A DNA stretch of 64,000 nucleotides. Source: Okamejei kenojei (taxonomy: Eukaryota). Positions 27,825-41,549 of the stretch are shown here, piece after piece. Each line of letters begins with the position of its first letter. The stretch's first letter is position 1. The position numbers and the translations under genes were made by a program. Location of the stretch: contig CM069148.1 in assembly GCA_035221665.1 (NCBI GenBank), positions 21,452,001 to 21,516,000 of the forward strand, written 5' to 3'. Below the pieces are notes generated by a model that worked only from the letters and a program-made list of their open reading frames with translations, searched no databases and was not told where the DNA came from.

Positions 27825-29399
27825 GTAATTTTGTTTTGGTATTATGCTCAAATTATAGGCAGTAGAACAACTATTGTGACAAAATGTATCGTCACAGTAG
27901 TTGATCTAACTAACAGCTGTCTTGTATGGACAATAGGTTCATATTACAACCACTTAAAGTTTAGAAAAGGTGTCAAGTGATACCCAGCGTAATAAAAAAG
28001 AGCCAAACTTGTAGTCAACTTACTACAATTGTTTTAACAAGTATTAATTAAGTTGCTAATATTATATTACATCTGCTAAGCAATAAACTGAAAAGAAAAT
28101 TAGACCATTCTAATAATTATCATAATAATTGTGGTGAAAATGTAATTTCCTTCTGTAGACAATGGTAGCTGAGAATCGTAATATAACTATTTCTAAGGAC
28201 ATTGGAAGTCTATATGCTAAAAGACAACAGATTATACTGTAATAACCAATTCAGTTAACGGACCAATTGTAGTTTTATTGAAAGAAAGTGCAAAATTGGA
28301 AAAGATGCTAAAATGAAATTCTGTAATTTCTAATTATCGTGTTATTGATAAGAAGCAAAGTTATCTTGAAATACATCTGGTAAAGAAGAAACAGAAACGA
28401 TGAAAATAATAAATTGCATTTGTGCAAGGCTTTTCACATTCCTGTTATGAAGTCCCGAAGTTATTTACACCTAGAGATCTGGAGTACTCCTTGGACAATG
28501 TAGTAATTGTTCATTGAAACACAGAAATTAGCAGATCAACTCAATGTGTGCAGGCCAGCCAAAAAAGAGATACTTAATTTAATCTAATTTTCCAATTTAA
28601 TCTGTAATCTTGCGAATTGAGGCGTTTTGTGTGCTCCACCAGATAATGTTTTACAATGCGTTTTAAGTTTTTGTCACCACAATTCTTTGGATGGAAAATC
28701 TTTCCTCAGTCCATTTCTAATCCTTTGCCCAGTTCGCTGACCAGTCCACTAACAAAAATTAACCTTCCTTCTCACCCTGGCCCCTTGTCATCTTGTCCAT
28801 CTAAATATACAAAGAATTGTCAAATATGAAGGGTACAAAGAGCTAATGGACAACCTTTTCATTCATTCAAATCTACACAAAAGCATAATGGGGCAAGAAT
28901 TGGTAGATAGTTCCCAAAACTAACATGGCTTGTATCACTACAGTTAACAAAGACTAAATAGCAGTTGGTTTTCTGTTAAATAAAACAAAGATGCTGATTT
29001 TTTATGAAAAGTAACCACATTCTTTGTAAGTAGAAGCCAAATTAATTACTGTATTAATTTAATTTGTATTGTCTATGCTAAGCATAAATAATGTTAAGAT
29101 TAAATGTCAAATTATATTTTAACATCAAAGTAAGAACTAAATTTTAAATGGATAAAATTGATAATAAATTTGCCTCATTTATCATTAACCATAAAAATGA
29201 CAAAATCAATTTCAATATTTCTGATTATGTGGATTCCTACTTTGTTCAAGTTTTGATGTTAAACAAGATAGGCACAATTAAGACCGAAACCCCCATCCAA
29301 AGCCACAGGACAAAATGCCAAAGATTGAAATTTAAATAAAAATATCTTAACATCATTATAGCTGCAATGATTTTAGCTTCTATCCCTCTAAACCGTTTC

Positions 29400-29970
29400 T
29401 ATCCAGATACCCAACCAAATTATTTTAATCATTGTGATTGCATCTGCTTCGAAAACTTCCTCTGGCAGCTCATACCTGTACTTACCATTATGTGTGGAGA
29501 AAGTTGCCCTCGGGTCCTTTTCAAATCTTTTCTTTCTCACTTTATCACTGCCCTCTAACTTTAGACTCCCCTACCATCCACCTTATCTATGCCCCTCATG
29601 ATTTTATAAACCTCAATAAAGTAATTCCCTCAGCCTCCTATGTTCCATGGAAAAGGTCCAGCCTATCCATAGCCTCCTTATAACTCAAGTCCTCCAGTTT
29701 AAGTAACATCCTTGTGAATATATTTTGCACCATTTCCAGCTTAATTACATTGTTGCTGTAGTAGCCATTTATAGTTGGACGAACAGAACTGTGCATAATA
29801 TGCCAAGTGCAGTCTCACCAATGGCTTCTATAGTTGCAACTCCTGTACTCTCTCAATATGCAAAGGAAAATGTGCCAAATATTTTCTTCACCATCCTGTC
29901 TACCTGTGTCACCACTTTCAGGGATTATGTACCAGTACTTCTAGGTCTCACACTTCTCCAATGCCCTCCC
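29400..29970 (-). mobile_element. Old CR1 3' fragment
   Basis: Reverse complement of a CR1 C-terminus and 3' UTR, decayed. Confidence 0.6.
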
Positions 29971-30523
29971 ATTTACTGCGCAAATAATTTAGATTCATAC
30001 TACGGGAAATCACTTTTTCTGACATATTGCCTTCTATATCATGCTTACAAATTGAAGCTGTAATATAAAGATTTAGTTGTTGGCACGTTTCCTGAGAAAA
30101 AAACAGGTTTTAATCACCGTCCAAATGCCAGGAGCATCCCTGACATACATATTCATAAGGATATAACAAATTAAATAACACTCAACATTCTCTCTAACAT
30201 TATGGTGTGATTTTTTACTGGCAGTGAAGCAAGGAAATAATCCTAAACCTCAAAGGGCAAATATATCTGACAACTGCAAGAACATTTTGTGAAAAATAAA
30301 TATATTAATAAAGCAAATAGTGTTACAGATTTCAAAAGCCTATTGGGTAATAAGTTTAGCTTAGTTTTGTTTATTATTTTCAATGTACCGAGGTACAGTG
30401 ACAAGTTTTTGTTTGCATGCAATACAGTCAAAGAAAAGTTTATACATGATTACAATCAAGTTATCCACAGTGTACATATAAATGATGATGGGTACAAGAT
30501 ACGGATTGTAGGGAAATATGGAT

Positions 30524-30544
30524 GTGTGTATGTGTGTGTGTGCG

Positions 30545-30587
<43 letters not shown>
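30524..30587. repeat. (TG)n/(TA)n microsatellite
   Basis: Directly visible in the sequence. Confidence 0.95.
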
Positions 30588-30590
<3 letters not shown>

Positions 30591-31112
30591 GACTAAAAGA
30601 GTACAGGGAAATAACATGGGATATGTCAAATAGAGAATTATTTCAGAACTATGAAAACATAATCTGGCAGATCCGTTTCTTGGGATTGTAAAACTTTGAC
30701 TGCACGCAGTTGCACAGAGTATCAGTGAATCATTGAGAGTGGCCAGTTGAAGCCCATAGAAATCCACAGTTTCTGCGTACAAAGATGTAAAATGTCGTGC
30801 GTTTTGTTGTAATCCCATCCTCCCCGGGCAGAGTGTGCATGCTCTCGCACCAAGCAGCTAGTACTTTCGGTGGGTCAGTGTGTGTGTGTGGGTCTGGAGT
30901 GGACGAGAGGCGAATGAGCGGCGAGATGATGAAGAGCATCATAGGCCACGGCTCACTCACTAAACCCCTGGTAGATTTAACACTGCAAGTGGCTGGGCTG
31001 CGCCGGAAAACCAACCACTGCGTTTATTGGGGTGGGGGCGGATCAAACGGTCAGTTTAAGCATTTCAAAAGAGGCGATGGCCAACTTTCACTTCAGCCAG
31101 GTTTTTACTCAC

Positions 31113-31250
31113 TCGCCCGACAATCTCGGCGTCGCTCTCCCATCCCGTGGCCCTGGCAACGCCGCGCCATGACGCGGTGCCCGCCGGGAGATGGAGTCCA
31201 TGCGCCCAAAATTAAACTACAATTCCCATCAGGTACCGCGACGCCCACGT
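31113..31250 (-). promoter_or_regulatory. IFTAP: IFTAP/NWC CpG-rich promoter and exon 1
   Basis: CpG-dense. A - strand donor cga|gtgagt ends the exon at 31113. X-box GTGGCCCTGGCAAC at 31147-31160. ZNF143/Staf motif ACTACAATTCCCA at 31216-31228, with an inverted partner at 31197..31173. Confidence 0.75.
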
Positions 31251-32298
31251 TCATTTGAATTGGGTCCGCCTGGAAAAATAAACCTTCAACTTAGTTCCCG
31301 AACCAAATGTAAGGAAAAGCGGGAAAAACCTAGATCATTTTTAAATCCCAATATTTTTATTTGCATTCAAACCAATTTAAATAAAGTAATAAGAATAGAA
31401 ACCCTTGGAAGTCGACTTTGAACGTTCACCAGAAGTGCCATCTAACATGGAGTTTTTCTAGCATATATTGCCTCCTGTTTCAATTATGTATCTCTAAACT
31501 AAACTAAACATAAATATCCAGCTCCAATTGGCTCCAGGTTAAGACAAAGTGATAACTGTAGATTAAGACGCCACTCAACCTTTTCTCCTGATTAGTTTAT
31601 CCAGCTTTCACAAATATTCATTTTCCAAACCATCCCACAATCATTTCGTTCCTTTGATCAAACCAACGTTAATTCTAATTACTCCCCTCCGAGGACCTAC
31701 CTGAGGGCTGCTTTTTATAATTCAGTAACACATTTAGGAATGTCTAGCAATGATGATCACTTCTACTTATTCCAGCCTTCGCTGCTACCATGATTTTAAG
31801 GTCATAATCTCCATCTGATGCACATGCAACCAATACTGCTCTCTAAAGATTGAAAATTCCTTTGCATCTTTTCCCATCAATGTTACAAATAAAGAACAAA
31901 TACTGAAAAACAGAAAAAAGTATCCCGAACTAGAATTCCAAAAACGTACAGTTGGCTGAATGGAGATTTATTGACACTGAATTGCTGTATCAATGTGAGA
32001 TGCAATAATAATTTGCCGGTTAATTTTTCTTTAAGTTAATGAATATAATGCTTTCATCAATAAACCATGAGAAAGCATGAACCCCAAATAATTCCGTTTA
32101 AATATATGTTTTCTTAATCATTGGCTTATCATTAAAATAATGCTAAATGGCAGCAACTATGCAAATGGTCTTGTAGAATGGTCAGTTTTGCATCATCACA
32201 GTCTGTAATAAAATATACGTCATGATTTTCTTTTCATTTCTAACATAATGTTACATTCAGTTTCCTTTCAAAGGTCCAGCCAGCTATCGACTGCAACA

Positions 32299-33854
32299 AT
32301 GTCCCTGCAAATGGTTTCAGAGAACAGCAGTACCAACCTAATACAGCCAGGATTCTCCTTACTCAATTTTCATGGTGAAGTCTTTCTTTTTGGCCAGAAA
32401 GGGTGGCCTAAACGATCCTGCAGCTCAGGCATTTTTCTTCTTCATCTCAAGGACCATCTACTGAAACTTAAAGCAGTTTCATTTTCATCGGAATCATGCT
32501 ACCTTCCACCGCTGCGCAGGCCTGCAATAACCCATTACTCGGATCCCTCAGAAACAGGAAGCCTTTATTATATCATTCACGGTGGGAGAACTCCGAATAG
32601 TGAAGTGCCAAATTCACTTTACGTCATGAGGGTTTATGACAATACTGCCAAAAAGAGAACATCTCTTTGTTGCAGTGAAAAAAATCTAAAAGGAGATGTC
32701 CCCACAGGAAGATATGGCCACACCATCAATGTGATTCAGAACAAGGGACAAACTATATGTGTCTTGTTTGGGGGTAGATCCTACCAGCCTCCTGGGCAAA
32801 GAACCACAGAAAACTGGAACAGCTTAGTTGATTGTTTGCCTGAGGTTTTTCTGATTGATATGAACACTGGCCACTGCACATCCCACATGCTACCAGAAAT
32901 AGAAGAAGGATTTTCATTCCATGTTGCTGTTGCAAAAATTGACACCATCTATATATTAGGTGGCCACTCCATCAAAGGCAATCATCGCCCTGAAAGATTG
33001 CTTAGTCTAAAAGTAGATCTTTCAGGCATCCATCCCAGTGTTAAATGTGCAGTACTGCATGGGGGTATCTCTGTATCAAGTGCAATAGTGACCCAAGCTG
33101 GCAAAGATGAATTCATAATTGTTGGCGGCTATGAATCTGAGAGCAAGAAGCGAATCATTTGTAACACCATCGTTTTGGAGAATGATAGCATTCAGATATT
33201 GGAAAAAGATCCCCCAATGTGGACTAGTGATATAAACACAAGCAAAACCTGGTTTGGCAGCGATATGGGAAGTGGCGCAGTGTTAATAGGAATTCCTGGA
33301 AATACAAAACAGGAAACATCAGAAGCAAACTATTTCTATATAGCAAATTTTGGACAGCCAAAAGAAGAGAGCCAAATGTCTGCCAGCCAGGAATCCTTTA
33401 CTGATGCCTGAGTGACTCATCAGTGCATTGAAGATTCAGAGAGAATTTCAACTTTGTAGTGGAACCAGATCCTCTGGAAAACTTGAATGATGGAGATGAA
33501 GAAGGATAATTTGGATTAAAATGCAGTGGCAAACTGCAATATGAATAGCAAGATACTGGTGCCCTATTATTCCACATTATCTCAATAAACCAGCAATGAT
33601 CTTCTGTTCAAATGCAGATGATGATGGACACTGGGTACATGCTCAGTGCATGAATCTCACAGAATCACAGCTAATCCAGTTTTCTCAAGAGAACATAAAG
33701 TACTTTTGCAATGAACACTTTATTGATAGAGGCATTAAAACTCCACCAAAGAAAAAGCAGATAAAACGAACACCAATAAAATCCCCACGTAAGAAGTCAC
33801 CAGCAACACTGAAAAGGACAATGAAGAAAAGCTTCCTGAGACTGGTTTGATTGA
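32299..33854 (+). CDS. RAG2: Recombination activating gene 2. The core is intact; the hinge/PHD part is frameshifted in this sequence
   Basis: Acceptor tttcaaag|32274. The protein reads MSLQMV...FGQKGWPKRSC, HGGRTPN, GRYGHT, LFGGRSY and TWFGSDMG (kelch core). Downstream pieces are EDSE, LNKPAMIFCS, GHWVHAQCM (PHD), KTPP and KKSFLR. The given ORF stops at 33411. Confidence 0.95.
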
Positions 33855-34211
33855 ATATAACTTTAACAAAAAATATTGCATGCAGAAAAATAATTATAAC
33901 AGTACAGGGGACTTTTTAGCATATTCCAGTCTTATTAACTGTGTGTTAAGAGATCAGTCATTATTTTTCGTGGAATATAAATGCGCTGAAACCAGGCGGC
34001 CAAAGGCCAGCTTGGGTTTAGTTAATGTCATTTACTGATAACAAGGTGGAAATTCTTCTTATTGAACAAAAGTTTAAAGTAAACTGATATTAACAAAGGA
34101 TGGCCATTTGGTCTAGAGACTATTTATATTGTAAATTATGACTCAGGTTTCATATTAGAATAAAACAGGAGCACAACACATTAAAAGCAATAAACCCTGT
34201 TGTACCTAATG

Positions 34212-34865
34212 GGTCATAAGGGAATAGAGGAGTAGAATTAGGCCCCTTTGCCCATCAAGTCTTTTCTGGTCATTTATGGCATGGCTATCTATCTCTCCTT
34301 CCCATACCCCATTCTCTGACTACCTACACCATGGACACTATACTAATCAGGAATCTAATATATGTCTGCCTTACAATATCCACTGAATGACATCCCACAG
34401 CCCTTCTGTGTACAAAGAATTCCACAGATTTCGCCCCCTACTGACTAAATGCTTTCTCATCCTCCTCCTCCTAAACAAGAATGCCTTTAATTCTGAGGCT
34501 ATGACCTCCAGTGCTGGACTCTCCCACGCATGGAAACATTCTCGTCATCATCAACTCTATTCAAGCCCTCATATTCTGTAGTATTTCCAATTAGGTCCCC
34601 CTATTCTTATAAATCTCCAGGCAGTCCAGTCCAGTCCCAGTGCCGACAAACGCTCACATAGGTTTACCTACTCATTCCTGTATTCCTTGTAAACCTCCTC
34701 TGTACCCTCGCTGATCAGCACATCCTTCTTCAGATATGCCCAAATGCTCTCAAATTTCCAAATGTAGCCTTACCAGCACCTTTTTTAAGAGTGCCTCAAC
34801 ATTACTTCCCTGTTTTTGTATACAAGCCTTCTTTGAAATAAATGCTAGCATTGATGCTTGCTTTC
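34212..34865 (-). mobile_element. CR1 3' fragment, indel-rich
   Basis: Reverse complement of the CR1 3' end seen elsewhere, with many 1-bp indels. Confidence 0.7.
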
Positions 34866-36337
34866 TTTATACCGTAGGAACTTATGTTGAAAATATCTTT
34901 AAATTATTATTTGATCTTAATTTCATAAGGTTACCGAATCCAACTTTTCTTTTGTGTTACTGCCTTATTGCTATAATTCAAAGGTTATGGGGCTTAGGCA
35001 GGGAGATGGGTTGAGAGAGAATAGATAGCTAGGTGAATGAATGGCGGAGTAAGAAAATACTCGATGGGTACTGGTAAATTCATGCTCCAATGACTTATGA
35101 ACCTATGAACATATTTTGATGCTCAGGATGAATTATAAAGAAAACTGATAGCTAAATAGATTCTGGTACCTGTGCATTGTAAGCACACAATTATTTAACT
35201 CAGTGCTAAATGTGGTAAAGAAATAAAAAATGATAATCATGCTTTACTGCGACTTTTTAGATCCTAATTATCACCGCTGAGCACTAAATATATACGAATA
35301 TTAAGTATAAGAGGTAAACAAAAAGTCTAAAAATGTTGCTGTGATCAACAAAATAATAATGTTAATAAATTATATCTCAAATAATTACCCAATAAATAAA
35401 TCTCAACATTTGTTTATTCCGATGCCCACTTGTCTTGGAGATATGTCCTGAATGATTATTTTGTTAATGGTCTCCTGCTATTGTTGTTTTAGTTTTTTAA
35501 CTTTGCTCAAAGTATCATGTGTTTAGTAATTGCAAGTCCCATTAGTACAGGCATGTAGGGGTTTTGCATTTCTGAAAACAAAATCATTCAGCATAATAAC
35601 AATTCTGCTGCCATTTCCTAATTTGTAACAAACTCACATTCAGCAATCACACGTACCTATCCAGACTCACATATATATACACGATATCCTATATATGATT
35701 CCTGATCCAGCGACGTCTCAATTTTTAAATTTCTAAGCCTATCTCTTCCAAACCCCTTCTTGGCTGCACCTCCATTCTGAAACATCCAGTAAATCAATTT
35801 CAAGTGTCCTTGTGATTCTTAACATCTCGCGTCGCTGAGTTTAAGTCTTTCACCATTCACCGGCTGCTTTTAAGATCTGGAATCCCCTCGTGGGTCAAAC
35901 ATCTGCCAAGCTTAGTCACCCAAGATAATGGCTGTGTTAGTAGAGCTTTTCTATAAAAAGGAGTTTTGAACAAATTAATTTATTAAAGTTGTTTAGGAAG
36001 GAGCTGCAGATGCTAAAGGTTTAAACCAAAGATTGACGCAAAAAGCTGAGTACTCACGGGACAGGCTGCATCTCTGCAGAGAAGGAATGGGGTGATGTTG
36101 CGGTCAGACCTTCTTCAGAATATTAAAAGTGTTCTGTTGCCCTGTACAATTTCTACTTCTACATTAATCACTATAATTGAATTATATTACAACACCATTG
36201 ACATACTGTTCTATCAAAATATTGATGCTGAGCCACAGATAGGAAAATGGTAAGGAAGATGACTAAAGGCCTTGATCGAAAAAGTGGTCTTATGCCAAGT
36301 AGCTTGAAGGAACAGAGATTCAAAGATAGAAAAATAA

Positions 36338-37281
36338 AGGGGCTGTTCCACTATGCTTCGACCTAATCGCGAGTTAAGAAGAGTGTCTTTCGACCTTCAG
36401 TCAGATCGAGGGGCTCTCGACGGGGAAAAACTCCGTGATCGACCGACCCCGCATTGAAACTGCGAGCTGGATCGACTGCCCACCACCAAACAAANNNNNN
36501 NNNNNNNNNNNNNNNNNNNNNNNNNNNNNNNNNNNNNNNNNNNNNNNNNNNNNNNNNNNNNNNNNNNNNNNNNNNNNNNNNNNNNNNNNNNNNNNNNNNN
36601 NNNNNNNNNNNNNNNNNNNNNNNNNNNNNNNNNNNNNNNNNNNNNNNCAGGGAAAGCGGGGGAGTGCTGTCTGAATTTACACCGCGATAAGAGGAAGTAA
36701 GAGACGCGCACAGTGTCTGTATTATGTAATCCTACTTAGAAGAGCGTGGATGGGCGGTTAGAAGGGGAGAGGAAGGGAGAGAGAGGGGGAAGGGAATTAG
36801 AGAGAAGGGGATAGAAGGGGGAAGAGAAAAGGAGATGATTGGGGGGGGAATTGGGAGAGGGGGGAGAAAAGTAAAGTGGAGGACACTTTTAAGAATTAAA
36901 TAAAGTTAGTGGGCATTTAACCTGCGGTCAGTTTGCTTTGGTCCTGGAAACGTCAATGAGCCAATCAAAAAAAATGCACGGTCAGCGAAGGAGATTGCCT
37001 ACAGCAGCTCAGACTGCCTGTAAACTATATAGGGCGACTGCCCCAACTTCCATGCACTACAAGTTAAAAAGAACCATGCCAACCAAATTTTCAACATGCT
37101 GAAAAATTACCTGCGACCTAGCTGAGGCCACGAGTATGCTGGAACTTCCCTCGAGCTTGAAGGAGAGTTCCAGTTACCTCATAGGACCTCCTAGGACCAC
37201 GTGTTGGCCATGCTGCGAGTTTGAGTTGAGGGCAAACTCTTCTATACTCGCAGATTAGGTTGCTGCAGTGGGACAGCCCCT
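36338..37281. mobile_element. PIF/Harbinger MITE related to 14270-15032, spanning the assembly gap
   Basis: TIRs AGGGGCTGTTCCACT and AGTGGGACAGCCCCT, TAA on both sides, and a shared internal caggaaagcgggggagtgctgtctgaa. Confidence 0.8.
36495..36647. other. Assembly gap
   Basis: Run of N. Confidence 0.99.
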
Positions 37282-39714
37282 TAAGAGGAGAAGTTGGCTA
37301 TTCAGTTTATCCAGCTTTCTATAGCAATCAGTACAAGCACATCATGATTTATAAACATTTAAGACAACAGAAATATAAAATTTAGGTGACAGGAGTATGG
37401 CCATTTGGCCCTTGGCCAACGCGGGCCCCCACCGCCAATCTATGAACATGGCTGATCATCTATAAATCAGTACCCCTGCTGCTTTTTCCATATCCTTGAT
37501 TCCTTTAGCCCTAAAGCTAAATCTAACTCTCTCACTGAAAAATTAAAACATCATATATAGATGACACCATTCATAGAGATGTAACAGCACGAATGGTCCT
37601 TCAGCCCTCACATCCACACCAAACTTTTTTGACCATCTACATTAATCCTGTGTACCCAATCTGTATTTTACTAACCATTTCCTGTACTTGGTCATTTGTG
37701 TTATAAAATCATATTCTTCTACATATATTAGTATATCATGATATATCAATGCTTCTGTGGATTGAAATACCGCTTGAGTGAAGAACTTTCTTATCGCATT
37801 CCTGATTCTTTGGACCTCATATTTTTGAGTCTGTGACCTGGTCTCCCACTGACCACCATTTGGGAAACAGCCACACCTGAATCCCATCTCTCTGCCCAGT
37901 TTAATTTCAATAAGATCTTCTCTCTTTGCTACTGAATGCCAGCCTAATTAATAAAACAATCTTTTTTGTACAAACCTAGGCCATATACTGATATAGGTTT
38001 AGTGAACCTCTGTTACACTGCCGTTATGGTGAGAAGTGAGGAGTGCACTCCAAAGACATACAGGTATGTAGGTAAATTGGCTTTGTATAAATGTAAATTG
38101 TCCCTAATGTGTGTAGCATAGTGTTAATAGTGCGGGGTGGACTTGGTAGGCCGAAGGGCCTGTTTCTGCTCGGTTTCTCTAAAACTAAAACAAAAAACCA
38201 GAACTGCATGCAGTACTCCAGGTGTGTGCTCAGTAAGGTTCTGCATAATAGTAGCTAGACTCCTTGTTCCTGTACACAAAACCTCAAAGCCATTGAAAGC
38301 CAACTCACCATTTGTCTTAACTGTTTGCTACACCTGCTTATTTGCTTTCATCGGCAGGTGTACAAGATCACCCAGATTCCTTTGCACATCAACACTTATA
38401 TTGTACTCTGCCTTTATGTTTTTTCCTACCAAAGGGAATAACTTCACATTTTTCCGCAATGCCGTTGTGTTACGTTTGCTGCATTCCTGTTCGTTTGAGC
38501 AATTTCAAAATCTGTAGAATTTTGGAAAGTCATAAGTAGACAACAACAAGAAGAGGTGGTGATGTTTAGGGTTGGAATTCCAGAGCCAAGAGATTTTGAT
38601 GCAGAGGCATTACTGCAAATTAGGGTGAGATTCATATTTGGGATGTGCAAGAGCTGGGAATTGTAGGAAACAGACATCTTAAAGCATTGTAGGTCTGGAA
38701 GGTTTGAATGCAAGGATGATTTTTTTAATCGAGACATTCAATGAACACAGAGCTGATGCATTAAGGTGATTTGGTACAATTCAGGACAAAAGCAGCAAGT
38801 TTTCAAATTTACAGCAAATCAAAAATGCTAAGCTGGCCAGATGGATTGGAATAATCAGATCATAAGAGACGTATGAATAAGGCTTTCAATGGTAGGCTAA
38901 TTGAGATTAGGAACCAGGCATGTGGGCAGAAATTCCAGGAGAGAGATAGGGTCAATGGCCAAGGGTTAGAGCATATTGTAAAGACCAAACTTCAAACTAC
39001 ATGATATTTAGTGAGAAGACATTTCTGCATATATACATTCTGTTGGACAGGCTTGGGACCAGAGGTCCAACAGAAATCTTGCAAGCCAGTGAATAGGAGG
39101 CGCATGGTAAAGCATAGAAGGTCACTAGCTGATGCCATGGCATGTCTAGACCATCTTTGACATAACAACTAATCCCCAATGGAGCGAAGAACAGAGGAGA
39201 GCACAAGGACAGTGCAGTAATCAAATGCTGGAAGAACATTGAAGACTTCAACCAACATTCAGTCTTTGATGTGAATGTCCTTCCCTTCATTCTACAGAAT
39301 GTTATTTATTACAATCTCAATGTTATTGTTAACCCAACGAGAGGTTGACAAGTTGAAAAATAACTAATTATTTTCAAACGATGAAAGCCCTGCTGTGATA
39401 AAGTATCTCCAACCTGAAACATCAGCGCTGCTTCTCTTTCCATGGATGTCTCCTGGTTATTAAGTGTTTCCAGCATTTTCTGTTGTAATTTCAAGGTCAT
39501 AACAAATTCAGTAATTTGGCTGAACTACAAACTATTCTCAGAAGCATACAAAATAAAGATTCAAAAGCCAAGGTATTACTGTACACACCACACGGCACCA
39601 TCCCCAAAAGTTAGAATCAATAAAGAAATAATGTTGGAACACTGATAAAAAATTCAAACCATATCTTAAGATGAGTGATATTCAACAAATTCATCAAATC
39701 ATTGATATAGAACC

Positions 39715-40635
39715 TGAAGAGAAGTGGCCCTAGCACCAACTCCTGCGGAACACTAGTTACTGGCAGCCAAGCAGAAAAAGCCCCCTTTATTGCCATTCGT
39801 AGCCTTCTGCCATTCAGCCATCCTGTTACCCATCATCTTCCATCTGATACCATGGGCTCTCATCTTCTTTAGCAGACTCACATGCGGCACCTTATCAAAG
39901 GCCTTCTGAAAATCCAAGCAAATAACACCCACTGACTCTCCTTCTATTTACTTCCTCAAAAAATTCCAACAAATTCATCAGGTAAGATCTCCCTTGCACA
40001 AAACCATGCTCCTATTTTATTATGAGCTTCTAAGTACTCAGGGCAGTCACGGTGGCGCAGCGGTAGAATTGCTGCCTGATAGCGAATGTAGCGCCGGAGA
40101 CCCGGGCTCAATCCTGACTACTGGTGCTGTCTGTACGGAGTTTGTACGTTCTCCCCGTGATCTGCGTGGTTTTTCTTCAAGATCTTCGGTTTCCTCCCAT
40201 ACTCCAAAGATGTACAAGTTTGTAGGTTATTGGCTTGATAAATGTAAAAATTGTCCCTATTAGGGTAGGATAGTGTTTCTGTGCGGGGATCGCTGGTCGG
40301 CACGGACCTGGTGGGCCAAAGGGCCTGTTTCTGGGCTGTATCTCTAAACTAAACTAAACTAAACCTCATCCTTTTATCATGGACTCTAAAAGCTTACCAA
40401 CCACTGAAGTCAGGCTCACCAGCCTATAGTTTCCAGTCTTCTGCTTCGCTCCATTCTTGAACAGCAAAGTAATAGTTGCAATTTTCCAATCATCTGGAAC
40501 CACTCCTGACTCGCGATTCTTGAAAGATCACAACAAATGCCTCCACAATCTCTAAAGCTACCACTTTCAGAACCCTGCGGTGAAGTCCATCTGGTTCAGG
40601 TGACATCACCTTTCTGCTTCCTAAGCACCTTCTCC
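39715..40635 (-). mobile_element. CR1 RT fragment interrupted by a SINE
   Basis: Reverse complement of the DFQKAFDKVPH and YRLVSLT regions. Confidence 0.7.
40041..40364 (+). mobile_element. Full-length tRNA-derived V-SINE (HE1-like)
   Basis: A-box GGTGGCGCAGCGG, B-box-like GGGCTCAATCC, V-domain GGAGTTTGTACGTTCTCCCCG...TTTCCTCCCA, and a (CTAAA)n tail. Confidence 0.8.
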
Positions 40636-41549
40636 ACGTCCCCCCCCCCCCCCCCCACCCCCCATTTTAGCATGTTAGTACAGCTATGACACTGACATCT
40701 ACTCAACAATGTAAACAATTGCCTAGATATATTTTCATTCACAGAAGCAGGACAATTCCAACCCAGCTAATTACCACCCAAATAGTCTATGCTCAATCAT
40801 CAGTGAGGTGATGGAAGCTATCATCAAGAGCGCTCTCAAATTCCGCTTATTCATGAACAACCTATTAGCAGATGCCCAGTTTGGGTTCTTCCAATATCAC
40901 TTGACTTCACACCTCATTACAACCTTAGTCCAAACATGGATTAAACTGCTAAATTTCAGAGGTGAGAGAAGAGTGACTTCCCTTGCTGTCAAGGTAAGAT
41001 TTTACAGTGTAGCATGAAGAAGACTTGGTAAAGCTAAAGTCAATGGTCGCTAGGGATAAAACACTCAAGTGGTTGGAGACATACCTTAATAAGGAAAAAT
41101 AGTTGTGATTGTAGGCTATCTCAACCCAGGACATCACTGTGGGAGTTCCTACATTCAAATATCTTTATAAGCTTCATCAGTGACTTTGTTTTCAGTATAA
41201 GGTCAGAAGTGGGGATGTTCCTGATGATTTCACTGGTTACAACAACGCATGTAGGTAATCCACAACTGCATGCAGCAAGACCTAGACAACATTTAAGCAA
41301 AAGTTGGTAAGTGGCAAGTAACATTCACGCCACATAAGGACCAGGCACTGACCATCTGCAGCAAGAGAGAGTCTAATTACCTATCATTAAAACATAATGG
41401 AATTACGTTGCCAGATCTCCCAGAATCTGGCAGGAGAAGAAGATGGGTCTGATGGGATCAGAAGAAGAAGGTCTCGACCCGAAACATCACCCATTCCTTC
41501 TATCCAGAAATGCTGCCTGAGTTACTCCAGAATTTTGTGTCTAACATTA

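Noticed and set aside
30730-31258. ORFs of 94-153 aa in the CpG-rich region
   Set aside because: They are a by-product of the GC-rich promoter and have no domain similarity.
32248-32298. N-terminal extension of RAG2 in the ORF track (MLHSVSF...)
   Set aside because: It crosses the splice acceptor at 32273/32274. The conserved start is MSLQM at 32299.
40041-40120. tRNA gene
   Set aside because: It is the tRNA-derived head of a SINE, continuing into the V-domain and tail.
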